58,483 nucleotides of DNA from Promethearchaeota archaeon (GCA_019058295.1 JAHPZI010000029.1:1-58483), one strand, 5' to 3'. Counted from the stretch's first letter, positions 1 to 9,940 are shown. Notes: generated by a model from the letters alone, not told the origin. Program-made: numbers and translations.

Positions 1-347
1 CTTTTTAATTCGGTAATAGCAATAAGCATATTTCTCTTCTCCCACGACATATGCGCGTTCCATTTTGCTGCCCGTCTCAAATCAGGATTTTTAATTTTAT
101 TCCTTTCTATTATAGTACTTAACCCAATATCAGGCATTAAAATTGAAATTGCACTCCCTGTGCGCTCTTTTTTGTCTTTTTCTTGTTTAGTGTATGCCCT
201 AATTCCACTATGGGAAAGATCAAGCTCCCGCTCAAATATAATAAGACCACATTGCTTACAAACTGTCTCGCCTCTCTCTTCAAAATTTTGAATCATCCCA
301 CCACACTCTGGACAAAAATTCGTTATGGTTTCTAAATCAAGTACCAT
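1..347 (-). CDS. tfb: Transcription initiation factor IIB (TFB), N-terminal part; runs off the window edge
   Basis: Not in the ORF track. Manual translation from ATG at 347: MVLDLETITNFCPECGG...GETVCKQCGLII...RAYTKQEKDKKERTGSAISILMPDIGLST...KRNMLIAITELK. Shows the TFIIB Zn ribbon (CPEC/CKQC), B-reader/linker and start of the cyclin fold. Confidence 0.9.
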   Translation of the reverse strand, partial: MVLDLETITNFCPECGGMIQNFEERGETVCKQCGLIIFERELDLSHSGIRAYTKQEKDKKERTGSAISILMPDIGLSTIIERNKIKNPDLRRAAKWNAHMSWEKRNMLIAITELK

Positions 348-667
348 TCTTTAATCCCCACTAATGATGTTTTTTACCCCAACCCAGGAATTTTGTACTA
401 AAAAAAAATATATGGTACAATTTTTTTTAATACAATAAAATAATAGATCAAATTATCATATTTAAATATTTTTGATGTAAATTTTCTTACTATATTGATT
501 TTTTGTTATAAAAAACTAAATATTTAAAAATGATTACACTATCAAGATTTTAATTAAGAAATTAAGTGTTCTTTTTACTATATTTTTAAAATTACATCCA
601 ATGGCATTAAAAGTGTCATATCAATATATGAATCATAAGGAATTTTTTTTAGGGTGGTTGGAGTTTC

Positions 668-2284
668 ATGTTAGAAGAAAGTGAGAAAAGTGTTGTTTAT
701 TCTGAAATTCTTCCATTTGTTATTGAAAATACCAATGATCTAATTTGTATTGTTGATCCAGATTATGAATTCAAACTTGAATTCGTTAATCAGGCATATA
801 GATACATCCTTGACTATTCATGTGAGGAATTAATCGGAAATTCTTTTTTGGATTATATTTTTCCAGCAGATGTTAAAAAAGTAATAAATTTTTTAAAAAA
901 AGGTTCTGAAATCAAAACTAATTTCCCTGAAATAAGAATTAAAAGAAAAGATGAGAAATATATATGGTTCGAATTCAAAGTAAAGAAATTTAAAGATCCG
1001 GCTAATCTATATAAGCTACTTCTAATTTTAAGAGATATCTCAAAAATTAAGAACTTGGAAATTAAAATTGAGCAAAGTGAGAAGAGATTTAAAGATTTAA
1101 CCACCTCTATACCAGAAATCCGATTTTGGAAACTTTTCAACCCAAAAAAGTATGAACAAGCATTACGAAATTCGTACGAAATGCTTCAATTGGTCATGAA
1201 TACCATTCCTGAAAATATTTTTTGGAAGGATAATAACCTTGTATACTTAGGTTGTAATAGAAATTATGCTATATTAATAGGTGCTAAAAATCCACGAAAT
1301 GTTATTGGAAAAACTGATTTTGATTTACTAAAAGACAAAGAAAAAATAGATTATCTTCAAGCTCACGAAACTATCATTATAGAATCAGATAATCCAGAAT
1401 TTCATATTCTTGAACCTTGGTATCGAAATGGTGAAAAGAAAATCTGGTTAGATGTAAATAGAATTCCCCTCCATGATTCAAGTGGGAACTCTGTTGGAAT
1501 CTTGGTTACATATGATGATATTACTGAAAAAATAGAGGCAGAAAGATTAATCATAGAAGAAAATAAGAAATTATTAGAACTTGATCAAATGAGAGAAGAG
1601 CTTATAACTAGGGTGTCGCATGAGTTAAAAACACCCTTGAGTTCTGTATATTCAGGATCTGAATTCCTTCTAGAGCTTTATGGTGATGAACTTAGTAATG
1701 AGATAAAAGAAATTGTTGAAATAATAAATAGAGGGGGAAAAAGATTAAAAGATTTAGTTAATAATCTAATTGATGTCATTAGAATTGAATCTAATAAACA
1801 TATATTGAATAAGTCGAAAGAGAACTTGTCAGAAATGATAAAAGAATGTATAATTGACTTGAAATTTTTGATAAAACAAAGGCAAATATCAATAGAAGTG
1901 GAGCTTTCTAAGGAAATATATTTAAAAATTGATAAAAACAGAATGAAGCAAGCAATTACAAATATTCTCTCAAATGCTTTAAGAAACACGCCTCCAAATG
2001 GCATTATATACATTAATCTAAAGGAAAATGAATCTTATATAGATATCACTATAAAGGATACAGGTGTGGGATTAACAGAAAAAGAAATGAAAAAAATATT
2101 TAAAAAGTTTGGAAAAATTGAAAGATATGGTAAAAAATTAGATGTTGATATTGAAGGAACGGGTCTTGGATTATATCTCTCAAAGGGAATTATAGAATTA
2201 CATGGTGGACATATTTTTGCAAAGTCTAAGGGAAGAAATGAAGGTTCAATATTCACTATAAGATTATTTAAAAAAACCGCATAA
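668..2284 (+). CDS. Cytoplasmic PAS-PAS sensor histidine kinase
   Basis: Two PAS/PAC domains, H-box SHELKTPL, N-box NILSNAL, G1 DTGVG, G2 GTGLGL; no TM segment. Confidence 0.95.
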   Translation: MLEESEKSVVYSEILPFVIENTNDLICIVDPDYEFKLEFVNQAYRYILDYSCEELIGNSFLDYIFPADVKKVINFLKKGSEIKTNFPEIRIKRKDEKYIWFEFKVKKFKDPANLYKLLLILRDISKIKNLEIKIEQSEKRFKDLTTSIPEIRFWKLFNPKKYEQALRNSYEMLQLVMNTIPENIFWKDNNLVYLGCNRNYAILIGAKNPRNVIGKTDFDLLKDKEKIDYLQAHETIIIESDNPEFHILEPWYRNGEKKIWLDVNRIPLHDSSGNSVGILVTYDDITEKIEAERLIIEENKKLLELDQMREELITRVSHELKTPLSSVYSGSEFLLELYGDELSNEIKEIVEIINRGGKRLKDLVNNLIDVIRIESNKHILNKSKENLSEMIKECIIDLKFLIKQRQISIEVELSKEIYLKIDKNRMKQAITNILSNALRNTPPNGIIYINLKENESYIDITIKDTGVGLTEKEMKKIFKKFGKIERYGKKLDVDIEGTGLGLYLSKGIIELHGGHIFAKSKGRNEGSIFTIRLFKKTA

Positions 2285-2403
2285 TTTCGTATGTAAAAAA
2301 GAAAATTAATTCTTATAAAGGTCAAATTTAAGTTGAGAATAGCGTCAAAGAAGATTATTCAAAAAGGAAGAATTTTATTATTTTAATTCCATCTTATCCC
2401 TAA
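2284..2403 (+). pseudogene. Remnant of a histidine-kinase HATPase C-terminus
   Basis: Translates ISYVKKKINSYKGQI*VENSVKEDYSKRKNFIILIPSYP*, colinear with the C-terminus of the kinase at 21554-22873 (LVNKIIHSYNGRIWVEDRIKGNYSHGCNFVILIP). The conserved Trp position is TAA (2329-2331). Confidence 0.7.
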
Positions 2404-2521
2404 GAATATTTATTCTTACGCAAGTAAAATATAGTAATTATTATCTTTAATAGAAGCCTCATAGCTTCAATTTTAACTCTTATATAAAATTTATTCTATT
2501 TTCTTAATAAAAATAACGAAT

Positions 2522-3514
2522 TTATTGCATATTCAAAACGATAAAGTTACCTTCTTTTCTGAATATCTTTTCTTTAATTAAAATTTGCACCTTCTCTTCT
2601 ATTTGCTGTCGAATTAAAGGTTCGTTTACCTTAGAATTCGTGTTTATTATCTTATAAGATTCTAAATACCTTTTAAAAACTTCATTCATTAAGAATTTGT
2701 TTTGATTTTTCGCAAATTGAATTAAAGATTTTTTCGATATTTTTATTGATTTAGGTATTACCTCGAAAGGAGTCCACATTTTTACCACCTTGTAATGATA
2801 TTTTTTAATTAAATCCTTTTGTCCAAATCCTTTTGTCCCATAATACATAAAATACGCAGATGGAAGCATTATTATTGATAATAAAAAATATAATAGATTA
2901 AGAGAAGGCATATTTAAATAATTGAAAATTTGTGATACAGTAAGGACAAAAAAATACAAATATAACGCAATACAGAAACTAAGGAACTTCCGTTTTATAT
3001 CAGGCGCTTCCATAGAAATATATGTTTTTATAGAAAGTATTATTAAAGGAACACCTGCCAATACAAAATTTACAGTAATTATATAGAGCATAAAGGGAAA
3101 ACTATATACAGGTCTCCAATCCGTACTCATGTTAATAACTACGCCATTAGGGATGAAAAAAATACCAAGCAATATTGTAGCATATGATAAAAGGTAATAA
3201 ACTCGTATTTTCAATTTTTGAAAAAAATCATGCCTTGAAAAATACAATAAACCATTGAATATTAACAAAGATCCAAATCCGATGCTGCCTATATATAATA
3301 ATACGAGAAACAAGAAATAGACAATATGTTCGACAAATATAAAAGCATACACTATATTCAAGATAAAGATTGTTGATTGAGAAAAGTAAAAAGCAGACAA
3401 ATACCTTGAATATTTATCATTTCTCCTTATGACAATTTTAGTTCCTAAATATAAATATAGCAAAGCACTCAACGAAAAGAATAATACAATCCTAAGTATT
3501 CGAAGATCAGACAT
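2522..3514 (-). CDS. Multi-pass (~7 TM) membrane protein with a soluble C-terminal domain (possibly winged-helix)
   Basis: About 7 hydrophobic segments in the first ~225 aa (HisKA_7TM-like); basic C-terminus ending in a helix plus beta-hairpin pattern (VQILIKEKIFRKEGNFIVLN). Confidence 0.7.
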   Translation of the reverse strand: MSDLRILRIVLFFSLSALLYLYLGTKIVIRRNDKYSRYLSAFYFSQSTIFILNIVYAFIFVEHIVYFLFLVLLYIGSIGFGSLLIFNGLLYFSRHDFFQKLKIRVYYLLSYATILLGIFFIPNGVVINMSTDWRPVYSFPFMLYIITVNFVLAGVPLIILSIKTYISMEAPDIKRKFLSFCIALYLYFFVLTVSQIFNYLNMPSLNLLYFLLSIIMLPSAYFMYYGTKGFGQKDLIKKYHYKVVKMWTPFEVIPKSIKISKKSLIQFAKNQNKFLMNEVFKRYLESYKIINTNSKVNEPLIRQQIEEKVQILIKEKIFRKEGNFIVLNMQ

Positions 3515-3619
3515 AGCTAATTAAGAAGGGTATTGATATATTTTCTGTTACCTTCCCTTGACAAATTGGAGTGAAAGTATTATGATATTTAAATCTTCCC
3601 TAAAATATATTAATCCATT

Positions 3620-3790
3620 CAATAAACTTTTATATTTTTACTTAAAGTCGTTAAAAACAGTCTTTATAATCTTTTTTAAATTTATTTTATATTAACCAGT
3701 TAATATATAGAACCTTTGATAAACACAATAAGCTTTTATATTTTTATTTTAAGTTATTAAAAACGATATTCAAAATCTTTTTTTGAATTT
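3620..3790. repeat. Imperfect ~65-bp direct repeat (106-bp period), each copy with a minus-strand TATA-like box
   Basis: caataaacttttatatttttacttaaagtcgttaaaaacag... (3620) versus caataagcttttatatttttattttaagttattaaaaacga... (3726). The minus strand reads AAAAATATAAAAG in both. Confidence 0.65.
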
Positions 3791-3798
3791 TTCTTATA

Positions 3799-4926
3799 TT
3801 AGACAGTTATTTGACTTATGGGGTATTTATATCTTAAAATATTAACAACACTATTCACGATTTTTCTAACTTTATAACCTCTCTGTATTTCCAAAACTAT
3901 ATTCGTTTGTCTCGATAAATCTTTTAACGATTTCAATTTTATAAATTTAAATAAATCATGTCGCTTTCCTTCAATTAATTTAAATAAAGGGATATAAGCA
4001 ACGGCTTTAAACCCAAGATCCTGAAAAACTCTTTGTTCTTCAACTGAAATTACATCTACATTTATAATATCGAATTCTGATAAGTCATATAACACTTTAG
4101 ACATGAGATTATATAGCTCTGAACTATTATTTGATTTAAAGTTTATATAAGCCGAAGAATCTTCTTTATTAATAGAAGCTACAACTTCACATTCCTCTGA
4201 CTTAAAGCTTATGAGATTTTCGTTTATATCTAATCTCTCATATTCTCGAAAGCTATATTTAGGTGTAATTTTAAAATCTATTGTTTGTAGATTACTTTTT
4301 TTCTCTATTTTTAATAGACTAAGAACTGTCTTAGTTAGAAATTTTAATTCTGGAATTATTTTAGGCAATTTCCATTCTTTAAATAGATCTTTATCGTAAA
4401 ATTGTTGAAAAAATGCATCTAATTGTGGATATAATACTTTAATAAATCCGGGCTCCCTCTTAGTTTTATCTTCTCCTATTTTGTGCATACTAGGAATAAA
4501 TCCAGCATATCTACTACCCATTAAATCGCTTGCTGTATTTGCAGTTCTAGAGAACGCTCGAAGTATTGCATAGAACATCTCAACATTTTCAAATTTTGTA
4601 AATACTTTAGTTATTAGATTTTGGAAATTCTCAGGATTTACAATAAAACCTTTATGAATATTGTTAGTTCTAAATTTTTTACTTAATATTAAACCATGAG
4701 GGTAACACACTCTATTTTGAGGCTCGTATCTTACAAAATATCCCCCAATAATTTTATTATTAAATAGAATTACATTTGAGAGCGTAGTATCTTGGAGTGC
4801 GTAATTACATAATTCTTCTTTAGAACGAAAATCAAAATATGAACCATATTCTTCCTCATAAAATTTGAAAAATTCTTCAGTATCCTCCTTTTTAAACTCT
4901 CTTATTGTGAGGTCTTTAAACGTCAT
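3799..4926 (-). CDS. Tandem GNAT-fold protein (putative N-acyltransferase)
   Basis: GNAT-like start LTIREFKKEDTEE...IIGGYFV...HGLILSKKFR; second degenerate GNAT end QRVFQDLGFKAVAYIP...RHD. Confidence 0.55.
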   Translation of the reverse strand: MTFKDLTIREFKKEDTEEFFKFYEEEYGSYFDFRSKEELCNYALQDTTLSNVILFNNKIIGGYFVRYEPQNRVCYPHGLILSKKFRTNNIHKGFIVNPENFQNLITKVFTKFENVEMFYAILRAFSRTANTASDLMGSRYAGFIPSMHKIGEDKTKREPGFIKVLYPQLDAFFQQFYDKDLFKEWKLPKIIPELKFLTKTVLSLLKIEKKSNLQTIDFKITPKYSFREYERLDINENLISFKSEECEVVASINKEDSSAYINFKSNNSSELYNLMSKVLYDLSEFDIINVDVISVEEQRVFQDLGFKAVAYIPLFKLIEGKRHDLFKFIKLKSLKDLSRQTNIVLEIQRGYKVRKIVNSVVNILRYKYPISQITV

Positions 4927-5460
4927 TTCTATTAAATGAGATTTAATTAATTTAAATTAAATAATTATGGGGGTCATTATCTATATAAATATTAATGTTT
5001 TTTTTATTCAAACATTATTAATACTTTGGTAAATCAATTTTCTTTTCGAATAATTTAAAAAAAGTTTTTCGATTGGGGTCAAAATTCAGTGATGGCGAGA
5101 TGATTCTATCATAAATTGGTTCAAAATGTAGATTGTCAAGGATTTTTCAGTGGAATTACCGGTTTCCACAAAAATTTTCAGAGATAAAATGTCTAAAATA
5201 AGATGTATAAAATTACATAAAAGTCTCTTTAAAAGTGTAATATATCTTAATCATTATTATAAATTACATCATAAATAAAGGAATTATACTAATTATTTTA
5301 GACTTTAAATTTTATTTTAAACTTTTTCATTTTTTGGATCTAATATTTTAAAAAAAGTAAAAAGATATAGAAAAAAATTTAGATCTTATTTTTATAGTTT
5401 TAGGAAAAATTGCTTAAACTGAGTAATGATTTTTAATACAATTAACTTGAAGATGATATT

Positions 5461-5600
5461 ATGGTTTTAGGATTAGGTTTAATAAGTTTGGATGATAAAC
5501 TAGGTCCCATAATAGATTTCTAATATCCTAAACAATTGAATTTATCAACCGAGTTATTCAACAAGATTATAATGTCCCAAGCTTTTCGTAGTATTAATTA
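5461..5600 (+). pseudogene. N-terminal fragment of a uDENN/longin-like protein with an in-frame stop
   Basis: MVLGLGLISLDDKLGPIIDF*YPKQLNLSTELFNKIIMSQAF matches the (F/W)DxxxGPxxxxxYP opening of uDENN/longin-type domains; TAA at 5521-5523. Confidence 0.55.
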
Positions 5601-6464
5601 TAAATATTTAAAAAGAAATTCAAGTTCAGAAAGGTCAAAAGGCTTTAAAATATAACCATCTGCTTGTGTTTCTTCCATCTTTTTTTCTACTTCGCCATTA
5701 GGGACAGCAGTTAAGTAATAAATTACTATATTTCTGTAATTTTCGTCAGATTTTAATATTTTACAGATTTCAAATCCGCTAATATCTGGTAACATTATAT
5801 CTAGTAGAATTAATTTTGGTGAAATTAATTTTAATTCTTCAATTCCTTTAGAACCAGTTAGAACTCCTTTCAAACTATATCCTTTCCTTTTAAAAAACTT
5901 TTTTATTAGGGTAACTGTCGAAATATCATCTTCAATCAATAAAACGTCATATTTTTCAATAATTCCTTCAACATTATTAAATTTTTTAACGATTTTATCT
6001 TCTAATTGTTTGCTTTCCTCTAAAATATCACCTAGAATGGTTATGACTTCATCATTCAAGTCACCTGTGTAATCTTCAATTAACAATTGCAAATATCCTT
6101 TAATTGTTGTTAATCTTTCTTTTAATTCATGAGAAATACTAAAATCGACATCAGCATCGAGTTCCGTTAATATTCTGCTGAAAGGTTTTGATTTTTCTTT
6201 GATATAATAATCTACTCCTTCTCTTATCAGTTTAGAAAACGTAGAATAATTATGAACTGTAGCAAAAGCTTGCCATCTTGATTTTTTTTCCTTAGAAATA
6301 TATACTGAAAGTCTCTCTTTATCAGTAAGAATACTTTTTTCTCCTTTTTTCCAGCGTTTAAATCCTTCTGTTATTTTTCCTCGCCAGATCGCCGATTTTC
6401 CAGTTTCTTTCTCATACTGTTCCATTTCCTTTGTTTTCTTAAAGTCATTGGAGATATAAATCAC
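5598..6464 (-). CDS. Hybrid regulator: ribbon-helix-helix-like + HisKA (no HATPase) + receiver domain
   Basis: KERLSVYISKEKKSRWQAFA...TFSKLIREGVDYYI (RHH pattern); SHELKERLTTIKGYLQLL (HisKA-like); REC with IEDD, LLDIMLP, YLTA, KPF. Confidence 0.85.
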   Translation of the reverse strand: MIYISNDFKKTKEMEQYEKETGKSAIWRGKITEGFKRWKKGEKSILTDKERLSVYISKEKKSRWQAFATVHNYSTFSKLIREGVDYYIKEKSKPFSRILTELDADVDFSISHELKERLTTIKGYLQLLIEDYTGDLNDEVITILGDILEESKQLEDKIVKKFNNVEGIIEKYDVLLIEDDISTVTLIKKFFKRKGYSLKGVLTGSKGIEELKLISPKLILLDIMLPDISGFEICKILKSDENYRNIVIYYLTAVPNGEVEKKMEETQADGYILKPFDLSELEFLFKYL

Positions 6465-6635
6465 CTTAAAAAAAAGTACTATTAAAGTATTAATTCTAAT
6501 TAAATAATATTACATTAAATAAAAATATAAATTTTAAAGATTTTTTTTACTAAATTTTAAATAATTGATCTATTTTTAATTAAGTAGTAAAAAAATATTT
6601 GATTAATAAGAAGAAATTTATCTATTTTATAACTG

Positions 6636-6965
6636 ATGATAAAAAGTTTGGGATTAATGTCTAAAAATTTTACTGAAACGATTAAAGAGTTGGAGGAAAA
6701 ATTAGGCGAATCCCTAGACTCATTATATTCATTTAATCTAAAATATAGAACTTCGCAAGATAAAATAGACAAATTATATAAAATAATTTTTTCTGCAAAA
6801 ACACAGCTTTTAGAGCTCGTACATGCTTTGAACGATTTGCTTACCAAATTAGGTTTGTCAGTTCATAAAATTAATTTTGACGATGTCAAGAAGTTAGACA
6901 TTGTAGAAATTCTATACTTAATTAACAACGCTTTCCGTCTTATAAACGCTAATAATAAATTTTGA
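6636..6965 (+). CDS. Hypothetical all-helical protein
   Basis: 109-aa ORF with amphipathic helices, divergent from the regulator; no motif recognised. Confidence 0.5.
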   Translation: MIKSLGLMSKNFTETIKELEEKLGESLDSLYSFNLKYRTSQDKIDKLYKIIFSAKTQLLELVHALNDLLTKLGLSVHKINFDDVKKLDIVEILYLINNAFRLINANNKF

Positions 6966-7172
6966 TCTGGTTCTACTGAAGCACAACTGGTTTTCTAAGA
7001 AAAGACAATTTAAATTTAAGACTATTTTTATTTTTTTTATTTTTACACATTATTCTAAACTTCAATGAACTTTTTTTAATAATAAAAGTATAAATTAAAT
7101 AAATTAAAATTAAATAATTTCACCCTATTCTATTAATAATTAAATCTTGATAATTAGCTTTCTGAAAAAATT

Positions 7173-8840
7173 ATGATAAAGAAATGGTATCATCAAAATT
7201 GGATTTTTGAGTGCCCAGATGCGGTAATGACTTGTTCTATTTTAAAATGCAATGAGGAAGCATTTATAATATTTGGAGGACACGATAAAACTCTATACTT
7301 CATGGATAATGAATTGGTGATACAGGATGATGTACTCTTTGATGGATGGGTTAGATGCAGCTATCCAATAGACTTAGATGGAGATAAATGCGATGAAATA
7401 TTAGTTGGGACTGGTGACGGGCGTTTCGTGGTCTTAAAGATTTTCGACACTTCAGAAAACACTAAAAAATTAGAGGGTATCATGAATTATAGACTAAGTG
7501 GTATGATTAACTGTTGTACCGCAGGAGATTGGTCTGGTGATAATAATATCGAGTTAATGTTTGGGGGTGAAGATAAAACCTTAAGAGTATTTAAGAACGT
7601 TTTTTCTGATAAACCGTTCTTAACTTTTTATTATGATTCATGGGTAACCGCATGTTGTTTTGGATATTTAAAAATTCCCAAATTTGAAAAACCTGTTGCT
7701 TCATTACTAGTAGGTACAAAAAATGGTTTGCTCCAATTAATATATATGAAGAATGAAAACCCAGAAATTCTTTGGCAACAAAATGTTTATGCTGAAATTA
7801 ATGATATTAAAATAGGCGATATAACAAATGATGGCTTAAACGAAATTATCGTAGCCTCAGACGATTCATATATAAAAATTTATGATTGTAAAGGAAAAAG
7901 AATTAAATTTATCTTTATTGAAGAACTCATTAAGGCTCAAAAAATAAAGGGTTCTAAATTTTTAAATCGCCCAAAATCACTCCTTATTGAAGATATTGAT
8001 GGCGATAAGGCAAATGAAATTGTAGTTGGATGTGCCGACGGAACTTTAAGAATATTTCAAAATGTAAAGTTAAACTCAAAGGATATTAAGTTAAAATGGA
8101 AAACGACACCTAAACTTTTTTCTTCCATTAAAAAGATATGTGCTTGTATGAACAAGGAGCAAAAAGTAAAGAATATAATTTATGGAGGTTATGAACGAAC
8201 TATTAGAAATATCTCTGACTTTGAATGGGAGAAAAAACCACTTCTTAAAATCCCTATAAAATTTAGAATTCCTCAAGTTTCTATAAAAGAGCAATCCAAT
8301 GAATCCAAGGAAATTTTGAAAATTAAAAAAGTTCCAACAAACTTGAGAGGATTTATCAAAGAAATGCTTGATAAACAAGGATTTTATATGACCTTAGACT
8401 TGTTAATCAGCGATTTAATGGACAAGGGGTATACTCGAAAGGAAATCAATGAAGAATTAGAATTTTTAAAAAATAAAGGCGCTATGCGCTATGACAAAGT
8501 CGATATAGATGTCTGGTGTTTAGTGAATGAAGTGATTGATGAATTGATTAAAACTGAACCAATTAAATCAAAAATACCTCATAAAATCGAAGAAGGTACT
8601 ACAGAAAAATCAGAAGAACCTGAAGCTTCAACCTCTGATAAAACGGAGGAAATAGATAGGATCATAATTAATATTTTAAAAGAACAGAAAACCATACCAA
8701 CAAAAGAGGAGTTGGTTTCTTCAGTTGTTTCAAAAGGATATAATATAGATGCTATTAATCAAAGGATAAATGCTCTCAAAAATAAAAATAAAATCAAATT
8801 TTCAAGAAGCGATCCACGTGGATGGAGTATTGTAGATTAA
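7173..8840 (+). CDS. FG-GAP/VCBS-type beta-propeller with two C-terminal winged-helix-like repeats
   Basis: Blades DLDGDKCDEILVG, DWSGDNNIELMFG, DITNDGLNEIIVAS, DIDGDKANEIVVG; two similar C-terminal units (KGYTRKEINEELEFLKNKG..W and KGYNIDAINQRINALKNKN..W); no signal peptide. Confidence 0.75.
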   Translation: MIKKWYHQNWIFECPDAVMTCSILKCNEEAFIIFGGHDKTLYFMDNELVIQDDVLFDGWVRCSYPIDLDGDKCDEILVGTGDGRFVVLKIFDTSENTKKLEGIMNYRLSGMINCCTAGDWSGDNNIELMFGGEDKTLRVFKNVFSDKPFLTFYYDSWVTACCFGYLKIPKFEKPVASLLVGTKNGLLQLIYMKNENPEILWQQNVYAEINDIKIGDITNDGLNEIIVASDDSYIKIYDCKGKRIKFIFIEELIKAQKIKGSKFLNRPKSLLIEDIDGDKANEIVVGCADGTLRIFQNVKLNSKDIKLKWKTTPKLFSSIKKICACMNKEQKVKNIIYGGYERTIRNISDFEWEKKPLLKIPIKFRIPQVSIKEQSNESKEILKIKKVPTNLRGFIKEMLDKQGFYMTLDLLISDLMDKGYTRKEINEELEFLKNKGAMRYDKVDIDVWCLVNEVIDELIKTEPIKSKIPHKIEEGTTEKSEEPEASTSDKTEEIDRIIINILKEQKTIPTKEELVSSVVSKGYNIDAINQRINALKNKNKIKFSRSDPRGWSIVD

Positions 8841-8842
8841 TG

Positions 8843-8966
8843 CTAGATACTAATATAATCTTTTAAATTCTCTTCAAAGGATTCAAATATTGTTAAGTTA
8901 GTGAAATCCCCATTATAATATTATTGAATAAATCTCTGAAGGATGGACTTTCGTTTACTAATTTAT
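8843..8966 (-). pseudogene. C-terminal remnant of a third longin-like paralog
   Basis: KSILQRFIQ*YYNGDFTNLTIFESFEENLKDYISI* aligns to TPILENFIQKYKNEDFTDINLFQPFKDTIKEYFF of the neighbouring gene; stop at 8921-8923. Confidence 0.7.
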
Positions 8967-9401
8967 CTAAAAAAAATATTCTTTTATTGTATCTTTAAAA
9001 GGTTGAAATAAATTAATATCTGTAAAATCTTCATTTTTATATTTTTGAATGAAATTTTCTAAGATGGGGGTTGTTTTCAGCAAAAATTTCTGCACATTTT
9101 TATCTGGGTTTTTTTTTTTCTTTTCAATTAATCCATACATAATAATAGGTTCAACAGAATTAGCATCTTTACTTTTTATTTTTGAGAACTTAAAGACAAA
9201 CAATATATTGCCACTTTCTAAATATTCTAAATTATTATTATTAAAGGCGCTCTTTGCAAATGTACTAATTGCCGATATAAACGCACCTCTTAGATCTTTC
9301 TTCTCACCTAAATCCTTTTGAGTTGGTAATTCTTTAAAGGTGTGACTTACTATGGTAAATCCACGAAGTATGAATCCAATTTCATAAATTAATTCTTTTA
9401 T
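8967..9401 (-). CDS. Longin/roadblock-like small protein (144 aa; probable ATA start)
   Basis: The track ORF (8967-9203) extends in frame to IKELIYEIGFILRGFTIVSH...DLRGAFISAISTF...LEYLESGNIL, matching the whole paralog at 9515-9940. An in-frame TGA lies just upstream of the ATA. Confidence 0.75.
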   Translation of the reverse strand: MKELIYEIGFILRGFTIVSHTFKELPTQKDLGEKKDLRGAFISAISTFAKSAFNNNNLEYLESGNILFVFKFSKIKSKDANSVEPIIMYGLIEKKKKNPDKNVQKFLLKTTPILENFIQKYKNEDFTDINLFQPFKDTIKEYFF

Positions 9402-9514
9402 GGAATTTCACTTTTTTAGAATTTTAAATTATCAAAATATTTCTTAAGAAATAATAAAACAATATTTCTATTTAACTTTCATCAATATCAAGAAGGAATC
9501 TCTTCAATAAATTT

Positions 9515-9940
9515 CTATAATCCATATAATTCAAATTCAAAATCTACAGTTCGATATAATTCATTTGTAAAATCTAAATTAGTATATCTTTTAAGGAATA
9601 ATTCTATTAAAGGTTCTACCTTTTTTAAAAAATATTTAACTTGTTTATCTTGTTTTTTCTTTTTTTCAACCAAAGCGTAAAAGATTAGGGGTTCTTTAGA
9701 AGGATTATCTTTTGTCTTAATTTCACTAATTTTAAAAATAAATAAAAAATTCCCTGATTCTAAATATTCTAAAGCATCATTATTATAAGTTTTAGAAACG
9801 AATAAATTTATTGCACTAAAAAAGGAGCCTCTTAAATCATTATGTGGTGCAATGTTTTTTTTACCAGGAATTTCTTTGAAATGGCGATTGACTATTATCG
9901 CCCCACGTAGCACAACACCTATCTCATATAGATCTTTCAA
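9515..9940 (-). CDS. Longin/roadblock-like small protein, paralog of 8967-9401
   Basis: LYEIGVVLRG...DLRGSFFSAINLF...LEYLESGNFLFIFK; beta-beta-alpha-beta-beta-beta-alpha pattern; TTG start. Confidence 0.7.
   Translation of the reverse strand: MKDLYEIGVVLRGAIIVNRHFKEIPGKKNIAPHNDLRGSFFSAINLFVSKTYNNDALEYLESGNFLFIFKISEIKTKDNPSKEPLIFYALVEKKKKQDKQVKYFLKKVEPLIELFLKRYTNLDFTNELYRTVDFEFELYGL

Noticed and set aside
5150-5169. GTGGAA-N8-TTCCAC small inverted repeat
   Set aside because: Only a 6-bp stem in a single copy; not distinguishable from chance.
6963-6998. TGA read-through of the 6636 ORF
   Set aside because: Adds only 10 residues and has no supporting motif.
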